Virus record (IMG/VR): IMGVR_UViG_3300021168_000025
Coordinates: 5,621 to 69,620 of that record
DNA: 64,000 nt
Origin: a virus
Direction: 5' to 3' (one strand)
The translations under genes were made by a program, and so were the position numbers. Below are positions 57,355 through 64,000 of the stretch, piece by piece. The notes beneath the pieces were generated by a model. That model searched no databases and had not been told where the DNA came from. It saw only the letters and a list, made by a program, of their open reading frames with translations. Numbering within the stretch: position 1 is the first letter of the stretch; each line of letters starts with the position of its first letter.

Positions 57355-58389
57355 GTGACCAATCTACGACCTCCGCTACACCCGGCCTGCGCCGTCTACC
57401 CGATGATGTCGGAAGAAGACCTTTTGGCACTCGGCCTCGATATCGAGAAGTTCGGACAGCGTGATCCTGTTGTGTTACTTCTAGGACAGCTACTCGATGG
57501 CAAGAACCGTTGGGAAGCCTGCTCACTCAACGGCATCGATGCGCTGACCCGCGAATTTGGCAGTGACCCAAATGACGGTGACGATCCAGTCCGTTTTGTG
57601 TTCAGCAAGAACAATCTACGGCGACACCTCAGTTACAATGAACGGTGCATGGTAGCAGACGCCATCTCTGCGCTGTCGATGCCCCATCGACCTGAGAAAA
57701 CTAATTTAAATAAAATAGTTATTACACAAGAAGAAGCGGCAAAGCGACATGGGGTCAGCCAGAGCGGTGTATCTGCCGCGCGCACTATCAGACTGGCGCA
57801 TAAAAATAAAGAGGTTCCCGATCAAGTGGTCGAGGACGTGAAGAAGGGTAAGAAGAGCATCCAAAAAATAGCCAACGAAATACGCGCCAAGAGCCGCGCC
57901 GAGAACCCGGATAAGCCCAAGCGCGGACCCAAGAAAAAGACACCGACACCGGTTGTGACCAGCTTAGAGGAAGTGCGGGCCAAGCGTGAGGCGCGTGCCC
58001 GCAAGATCGAGGAAGCTCTCGCACAAGGTCAAAGACTCGAATGGGACAACAAGCCGGTCGTTATGTTTGGTGTCCAATTATGGCCGGTAGCCGATGAGGA
58101 CCGCCTTAAACTAGGTCACTACGATTACGACCAGTTGTTTTTTGGCATCGAGCAATTCGAGGCGTGGCGCACCCTCTTGCCGCCGACCGACGATTATGTA
58201 TCACGTAGTGCCCGTTTGCACGAACGGGTGAAACCACTGCGGCTGTTTGCCGACCGCCGCATCCCGGAACCCGGCAAGACTGAGATGAACCGGTTCATCG
58301 CCGTGTACCATCTCCTCTGTGACTTATACCAAAAAGACCCGACCGGCGAATGCAAGCCGCCGTTCGATTTGGTCATGCGGCGGGGTTGA
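57355..58389 (+). CDS. ParB-like protein with HTH
   Basis: HPACAVYPMM, LLDGKNRWEAC, SKNNLRRHLS, TQEEAAKRHGVS. Confidence 0.82.
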   Translation: MTNLRPPLHPACAVYPMMSEEDLLALGLDIEKFGQRDPVVLLLGQLLDGKNRWEACSLNGIDALTREFGSDPNDGDDPVRFVFSKNNLRRHLSYNERCMVADAISALSMPHRPEKTNLNKIVITQEEAAKRHGVSQSGVSAARTIRLAHKNKEVPDQVVEDVKKGKKSIQKIANEIRAKSRAENPDKPKRGPKKKTPTPVVTSLEEVRAKREARARKIEEALAQGQRLEWDNKPVVMFGVQLWPVADEDRLKLGHYDYDQLFFGIEQFEAWRTLLPPTDDYVSRSARLHERVKPLRLFADRRIPEPGKTEMNRFIAVYHLLCDLYQKDPTGECKPPFDLVMRRG

Positions 58390-58514
58390 TGTAGTTGGAC
58401 GGCGGGGCCGAATTGCCCCGCCGTTCAATGTGTTACTTGACGATATCAAATAGCGTTTGACGGTGTTACTCGGTGCCGGTTACTGTTGTCAAGACCCCTT
58501 CTAGGAGGAAGCCG

Positions 58515-59555
58515 ATGCGTGACCAGAAGACAGAGAACGAGATGAAGCAGGGCGGTTACAAATTCAAATACGTGGAAAAGCTGCCGTTCAACGAGATCGA
58601 TCTCAAAGCGAGCGAGGAAAACCCCGCCCGCCTGCGCCGCAAGATCGATGACTTTGTCGTGACACAATACGGCTGCGCGATGCTGGAGGGTCCAGAGGCG
58701 TGCGCGGCGTTTCCGGCGATTGTGGTTTTTGTGGTGGACCGCGCAAAGCACTTGGTCGGTACCGGGATGCATCGTATCAAGGCAAAGCAGGAAGCGTTCG
58801 CCAATAAGCAGGACTGGTTCGACGCGTATCTGGTGAACGAACCCGATCAGTACCGCCAGGAACTGTTACTGCGGTTGCTCAATTCGCTTGAAGGTGTGCG
58901 TGACACAAAGCGCGATCAGTTGTACCACTTGGTATCGCTGCATGAAAAGTACCCCGGTCATAGTTTGGCCGAACTTGCCAAGCAGTTCCACATTCCACCG
59001 AATACGGTGGTCGCTTTTTGGAACGAACAACAGGGTATCAAGCGGGCTACTCGCCTTGGCTTCGATTTTGAGAACAAACAGACGCAATCGACAATCATCG
59101 CGCTCAATCAGGTGAACTCCGATCTGGTGTACATGAAGGCGGCTGAGTTGGTGAGTCACTTTGAAGTCAAGGGACGCACCGTCGAGGAGATGGTGCGCGA
59201 GATCAAGAGTGTCAAAGCCAAGGGTCAGGACGCCGAGTTCGCGGTGGTTAAAAAGTACCACGACCAAGCAGAGGAAGCACATCGCCGCGCCCGTTCGCGT
59301 ACCGGAAAAACGTCACCGACACAAGCGACCAAGCTTGTTGGTACCTGCCGCAGCCTGAACCGGTTGGCCGGTAAGGGTGTCGAGCATCTGCATCTGTCGG
59401 CGCTGACCCACCCGCGCGATGCGCTGAATGTGATCGAGGATGCTTTGGAACAACTCGGTAAGGTCAAGGCGGAACTTGAGCGGATCATGCGGATGACCGT
59501 TGTTGGCGGTACTTCGGGTTACCCCATCGCTGCCGCGCCGCCATCAGGTGACTAA
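58515..59555 (+). CDS. ParB-like protein
   Basis: FPAIVV, GTGMHRIKA, SLAELAKQFHI HTH; TCTAGGAGGA RBS. Confidence 0.65.
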   Translation: MRDQKTENEMKQGGYKFKYVEKLPFNEIDLKASEENPARLRRKIDDFVVTQYGCAMLEGPEACAAFPAIVVFVVDRAKHLVGTGMHRIKAKQEAFANKQDWFDAYLVNEPDQYRQELLLRLLNSLEGVRDTKRDQLYHLVSLHEKYPGHSLAELAKQFHIPPNTVVAFWNEQQGIKRATRLGFDFENKQTQSTIIALNQVNSDLVYMKAAELVSHFEVKGRTVEEMVREIKSVKAKGQDAEFAVVKKYHDQAEEAHRRARSRTGKTSPTQATKLVGTCRSLNRLAGKGVEHLHLSALTHPRDALNVIEDALEQLGKVKAELERIMRMTVVGGTSGYPIAAAPPSGD

Positions 59556-60785
59556 ATGGATGAACTAAATTGGCGTCAAAAGGTTGTTGCCAATCTTGCG
59601 GAGTGTCCAGAAGACTGGGTTATCTTAGGGGCGCTTTTTGCCGGGGTCGAGGAATCGATCCCGCCCCATCTGGCACTGCGTCGTGTGTATGCTTCAAATG
59701 GAGAGGATACCGAAATAGGCTTGCACACCGCCCGCTGGCGGATGTTCCTGGCGCATGTGCGTCCGATTGTCGAACGGTGTGCGGACGGCGGCAGACTCAT
59801 GCCGCGTTTTCAGCGTGCCGATCTGGTGCGCCTCAAGCCGGATGGGTCACCTTGTGACAAATGCGGCGGGGCGCGCTACATCTGTTTTTGGCCGGGACCG
59901 AATCAGAAACCGCGCTACACTTGTCCGGCTTGCGCCGCTGTCGAGGCAAAGGTACGGGTACTGGTTGATGGCTGGCGCGAGGTTGAGGCGCGGGCAGCCG
60001 CTAGTGTGGTACCGCCACCGGAGGTGATCCCGCCGCCTCTACCGCCGCCGGCCCCGCGCGCGGGTGCGGCCAAGCGCAAGCGGCCCCGCAGGGTTTACTC
60101 GGCTGCGGCACCGCGACCACCCAGTCCCGCACCGCGATCACCCAGTCCCGCACCGCGATCACCCAGTCCCGCACCGTTACCGCCGGCTCAGACAAAGGTG
60201 ACGGCGCGTGCCGGTACCACCAATCGAGTGACCAACTCTGCCAGAAAAAATGGAAGCGCGAAACCCGTGCGGGAAGAAGACCCATTAGAGCACGCTTGGT
60301 TGCATTTGCTGACCCACCTGGAAAACAACGAGCGTGACAATTTGAAGCTGCGGCGCGCGATGCGACTGGCGTTTGATATGGGAGTGATTAATGAGTATCA
60401 ACAGGTTGTCCAGTTTGGCGCTGCCGAGTTCCTTCGCGTAGGCTGGCCCGAGGTATCGACTGCGGTGATCCATGAACGCGCGATGCGCTGGCTAAACCTG
60501 GAACTCGGTAGAGGGAACAGGCTGATACTTCCGCCGGACATGAAGCGCAGGCGAAGGTACACGCCGCGCATGCTTGCATCCTATGTGGCCGCATCGATTG
60601 CCGTCATTCAGGTGGGTTCTGCCGGGCAACTGTGCCAAATCGCTGATTTTTACACCGCTGCCTATGAGAAACGTGTCGAGTCTAACAACGCCTCTCCACC
60701 ACCACCGCCCAAGCCAAAGCCGTCGATGGTCAGGCGATTTTTGTCGGCAACAAAGCGGGCAGTGGCGACCGGACGGTGGCGCTAA
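59556..60785 (+). CDS. Hypothetical protein with zinc ribbon and Pro-rich linker
   Basis: CDKC...CPAC; SPSPAPR repeats. Confidence 0.6.
   Translation: MDELNWRQKVVANLAECPEDWVILGALFAGVEESIPPHLALRRVYASNGEDTEIGLHTARWRMFLAHVRPIVERCADGGRLMPRFQRADLVRLKPDGSPCDKCGGARYICFWPGPNQKPRYTCPACAAVEAKVRVLVDGWREVEARAAASVVPPPEVIPPPLPPPAPRAGAAKRKRPRRVYSAAAPRPPSPAPRSPSPAPRSPSPAPLPPAQTKVTARAGTTNRVTNSARKNGSAKPVREEDPLEHAWLHLLTHLENNERDNLKLRRAMRLAFDMGVINEYQQVVQFGAAEFLRVGWPEVSTAVIHERAMRWLNLELGRGNRLILPPDMKRRRRYTPRMLASYVAASIAVIQVGSAGQLCQIADFYTAAYEKRVESNNASPPPPPKPKPSMVRRFLSATKRAVATGRWR
60108..60176 (+). repeat. 21-bp in-frame tandem repeat (about 3 copies)
   Basis: CACCCAGTCCCGCACCGCGAT repeated. Confidence 0.85.
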
Positions 60786-60805
60786 AACTCTGAAGGGAGA
60801 TCGCG

Positions 60806-61111
60806 ATGATCTGGGTATTGAAGCACCCAAAAGTGACACAAGAGTGGTTAGGTTTCCTGCCGCAGATGTTTAGTGACATCGATCCCCGTCCAGCCCGCGA
60901 GCAGGTTAATGCGAATTACGGTCACGGCGGTGGCTGGCGACCCTTTACCGGGTTTACCGTGACCGACCAAGGGTTGGAGTATCCCGGCGACCCGCCGATG
61001 AAGCTGGTTGCGGAGACGCGGTTACGCGATGAAACGATCCGTGTCTATGAGGCTGATTGGGTTGTTATTACCCAGCCGGACGGCTCCTGGGAAGCGTGCC
61101 GGATGGACTAG
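60806..61111 (+). CDS. Hypothetical protein
   Basis: NYGHGGGW, YPGDPP, QPDGSWEACRMD. Confidence 0.7.
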   Translation: MIWVLKHPKVTQEWLGFLPQMFSDIDPRPAREQVNANYGHGGGWRPFTGFTVTDQGLEYPGDPPMKLVAETRLRDETIRVYEADWVVITQPDGSWEACRMD

Positions 61112-61479
61112 CCGATGATATCGGGTATTATCGATATCGCGGCGGCGAGTGTGTTGATGACCCTCGCCTACGGTGCTCGATACTCGCATTGGTACTGGCC
61201 GCTGATGGCCAGTGCTGCCGGTATCCTACTCGGTAACTTGGGGTGGTCATTGTTAGGGAGCTAGTAACTCATGCACGAACTCGAATACGAACTGCATCGT
61301 CTGGCTTGTCAGTTGGAGAGGGGTTCAATCCTCCCGAAGACGGCTGCTGAGCGATTGTTCCGCTTAGCGACGATGTCACACGACTACATTTCCGACCGTG
61401 AAACTTCCGATCAGGGGCGTGTTTATACGGTGACCGAGGCGTGGCTGTACGAGCACGGGTTTGATCCTGAGGTGATGCG

Positions 61480-61824
61480 ATGACGGAAACCATTGACGAC
61501 TGGATCGAAGAGTCACCGGTCGAGTTTGACTGCGGCGGCTGCGGTCGCGAGATTGTCGGTATCTCGATGTATAAGTTCCAGCCGTATATCTGCGGAGCCT
61601 GCCTGAGCTTCCCCGGCTGGGTCGATGACGCGGAACTGTGTCGAGGCCTCGACCCGTTCGGTGACCGTAATCCGGCGATAGTGTCATTGACGGCGGAAGA
61701 GATCGAGTGTCGTGGTGAGATACTCGGCGCGATCCTGCGTTACTTTCATCATCGGGTGCGGATCATCGAGGATGCCGGTGACACCATCGAGCAGAACTGG
61801 CACGACCGGCCAAGCCTGCATTAG
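61480..61824 (+). CDS. Small Cys-rich protein
   Basis: CGGC...CGAC; GAGG RBS. Confidence 0.5.
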   Translation: MTETIDDWIEESPVEFDCGGCGREIVGISMYKFQPYICGACLSFPGWVDDAELCRGLDPFGDRNPAIVSLTAEEIECRGEILGAILRYFHHRVRIIEDAGDTIEQNWHDRPSLH

Positions 61825-61838
61825 TCAGCGGCACCCCG

Positions 61839-62858
61839 ATGTTTGACTGGGAACACTTTTTCGACAGTCACAATATCGTCTATGTCCGTTCCGGTCCTAA
61901 TCTCGGTCGGAACCATATCGGGATCGCCTGCCCGTTTTGCGGCGACGGCGACCCGAGTCACCATCTCGGTATTTCGACCCTCAACGGGATGTGGCATTGT
62001 TGGCGCGAACCGACACCGGGATCGCATTCCGGCCGGTCACCCTACCGGTTGATCGAACAGTTACTTGGTTGCTCGCGTGAGATGTCACGGCGGATTGTCG
62101 AGGTCGGCGAGAGCGCCGTGGTTGCCAATGATCGGACCTTTGGTAGCGACATTAGCCGGATGCTGAACGGATCAGTGACCGTGACCCACACTGTTACCAC
62201 ATTAGAGTTCCCCGCCGAGTACCATCCCTTGGATAACTCGCCGCGCTCGCGCAAACTCTACTACCCGTACCTCACCGGGCGTGGTTACAATGAGCGGCAG
62301 GTTGATTGGTTGGTGCAACGGTTTGGCTTGCGCTACGCCTTGCGTGGACTATTCAGTTACCGGGTGATTGTGCCGGTGTACTACCGTGGTAAATTGGTCA
62401 CCTGGACCGGCCGCGCTATCGGCAATGACAAGCTGCGGTACCGCACGCTAAGTCCCAACCCCGACAATGCCTTGCAGGCCGGGTTGCCCCAGGCGGTCGC
62501 CAGCATCAAGCACATGCTGCTCGACTATGACCGGGCGAGCCAGGGTGGCCGGACCCTGGTGGTGGTCGAGGGACCGTTTGACGCGATGCGGATTTCCTTC
62601 TTTGGCCATCGTCATGCCATCAACGCCGTGGCGCTGTTTGGCAAGCAGGCCACCCCGGAACAACTCGATTTGCTCGCCGAGTTGATCCCGCGTTACCGCC
62701 GGACAGTGTCTCTTTTGGATGCCGACGCGGCGTCCGCGTTTGGTCCCTTCCCGGAGTTTTCCGGGATAAATCAATATGATCTGCCGCGCGGCGCAGCCGA
62801 CCCGGCCGAGCTTACGCGGGAACAATTCGGTCGATTGTTTGGTGTTAGTGACAATTGA
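61839..62858 (+). CDS. DnaG-like primase (zinc-binding + Toprim)
   Basis: CPFC...H...C, YLTGRG, RVIVP, WTGRAI, VVVEGPFDAM, LLDAD. Confidence 0.88.
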   Translation: MFDWEHFFDSHNIVYVRSGPNLGRNHIGIACPFCGDGDPSHHLGISTLNGMWHCWREPTPGSHSGRSPYRLIEQLLGCSREMSRRIVEVGESAVVANDRTFGSDISRMLNGSVTVTHTVTTLEFPAEYHPLDNSPRSRKLYYPYLTGRGYNERQVDWLVQRFGLRYALRGLFSYRVIVPVYYRGKLVTWTGRAIGNDKLRYRTLSPNPDNALQAGLPQAVASIKHMLLDYDRASQGGRTLVVVEGPFDAMRISFFGHRHAINAVALFGKQATPEQLDLLAELIPRYRRTVSLLDADAASAFGPFPEFSGINQYDLPRGAADPAELTREQFGRLFGVSDN

Positions 62859-62887
62859 GTGACTCTATTCGGGTCACAAAAAATAAC

Positions 62888-62916
62888 TTGCAATCTAGAG
62901 GAACCGCCCCTATTTG
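62888..62916 (+). promoter_or_regulatory. Sigma70-like promoter
   Basis: A-tract, then TTGCAA-17 nt-TATTTG. Confidence 0.65.
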
Positions 62917-62922
62917 TTGCGA

Positions 62923-63142
62923 TGCAGTGAGGCGCAGGAAGCGGCTGACCGTTCCTCTGGCTCGCCGGACCAATACGCCGCCCCCCGGCGTTCGACCCCC
63001 CTGGTCGTGGTGAGCACGGTGAGGCGACAAGACGGTCAGTCCTCCTCCTAGACGGCGGGGCTGTCCAGCCACCGTAGCTTCGCACTGGACAGGTTCCCTG
63101 TGGAGGGGCAGCCGGGTAGCTTTTTGCTGCCCGGCTGTTTTT
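62923..63142 (+). ncRNA. Candidate ~220-nt small RNA
   Basis: Own promoter, long-range stem 62943-62952/63032-63041, strong terminator 63109-63142. Confidence 0.65.
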
Positions 63143-63217
63143 CTACCTCTGGACAGGTATCAACTCCCGTCCTAAACTGCGTGCCCTTCGTCCGCTTATC
63201 TAGGAAGTGGGCACCCC

Positions 63218-63697
63218 ATGATACACCGCGCTCAAAGCGGCGGCGGTCTGCCGTCACCTGTTGTCGGTTTCATCTACAACTTCTCAGTCACTAACTACTG
63301 GCGCGTATCCGGGTTTTATGATCTGGACGACCTGTGCCAGGACGGCTTGATGTGTGCCATCAAATGCCGGAACCGTTATGGGACACCCGGCGTCGATATC
63401 GCCGGCCCCCACTTTATGACACTGTTAAAAACCGCGTTTAACCGTCACCTTATCGATCTGACCCGGCATTGGGCACAGGTTGGTGATTTGGTCTACCTTG
63501 CTGACCTGGGAGCCAACGAGGTCGCGGTACGAGAGAAGTATAGCCTACCGGAACACTCGTTAGGTGAACTGGCGCGCTACGTTGAGGAGTTGCCCGATTA
63601 TCTGCATCGGGTAATCCAGTGTCTCTTGGTTGACTCGCGTTTCCGAGTTAAGCGCCGCGATGAACACGATCTGCGGCGTTTTTTATGTGACTGTTGA
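63218..63697 (+). CDS. Sigma-70 region-2-like phage transcription factor
   Basis: DLDDLCQDGLMC...FMTLLKTAFNRHLIDLTR. Confidence 0.62.
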   Translation: MIHRAQSGGGLPSPVVGFIYNFSVTNYWRVSGFYDLDDLCQDGLMCAIKCRNRYGTPGVDIAGPHFMTLLKTAFNRHLIDLTRHWAQVGDLVYLADLGANEVAVREKYSLPEHSLGELARYVEELPDYLHRVIQCLLVDSRFRVKRRDEHDLRRFLCDC

Positions 63698-63765
63698 AAA
63701 GTCTCTTGCGTCCTACCTGAGATGGGTTTTTAACTGGTCACGTTTTTACCAGGAGGTACTGCCTA

Positions 63766-64000
63766 TGCGACGAACCACCACTGCCGATAGCGACCAGGAC
63801 GATTCCTCGTCCCTGTATGACATCATTGTTGATCATAGCGCGTTGGAATACAACGCCACCAAGTACCCTGATGTCGAGGATTACAAGAACGGGCTTGTGC
63901 GCTTTTTCGGCAAGATGGACTTTGACGAGTTCGAACAGTTGCCGTTAGTACTGCGTGACTGGGTTAACGAAGCCACCATCGTGTTCAACGCCAATCGGCG
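63766..64000 (+). CDS. Hypothetical protein (partial)
   Basis: AGGAGG RBS, ATG at 63766, open to the window end. Confidence 0.6.

Noticed and set aside
1-64000. tRNA, rRNA, integrase, capsid or terminase genes
   Set aside because: None recognised in this window; head genes probably lie upstream

Overview
Part of a tailed dsDNA phage genome (contractile-tail myovirus). The host is probably alphaproteobacterial, judged from a SciP/DUF1153-like gene and the promoter style. 1-23.1 kb (+) holds the tail sheath, tube, chaperone, tape measure, baseplate, spike, fibre and lysis genes. 23.3-49.3 kb (-) is a long accessory/early region plus SNF2-like and DnaB-like helicases. 49.9-64 kb (mostly +) holds an HNH nuclease, four ParB-like proteins, a primase and a sigma-like factor. 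Main result: a nuclease-less Nop/IS110-like protein (31617-32750, -) is followed by 36-nt dual-repeat/dual-spacer arrays, i.e. a TIGR-Tas-type RNA-guided system. The array is split into three blocks interleaved with genes (31354-31543, 30526-30786, 29496-29651), with a degenerate fourth block at 45287-45369, and the protein carries an unexplained ~80-aa insertion. A second, unexplained architecture lies upstream: promoter -> ~480-nt structured leader RNA -> about 19 gene cassettes, each separated by a conserved terminator-like hairpin, most followed by a CTAGGAGGA-type RBS. A distant candidate sRNA (62923-63142) exposes the exact complement of that RBS. All calls are by eye from sequence and motifs; no searches or folding programs were run.
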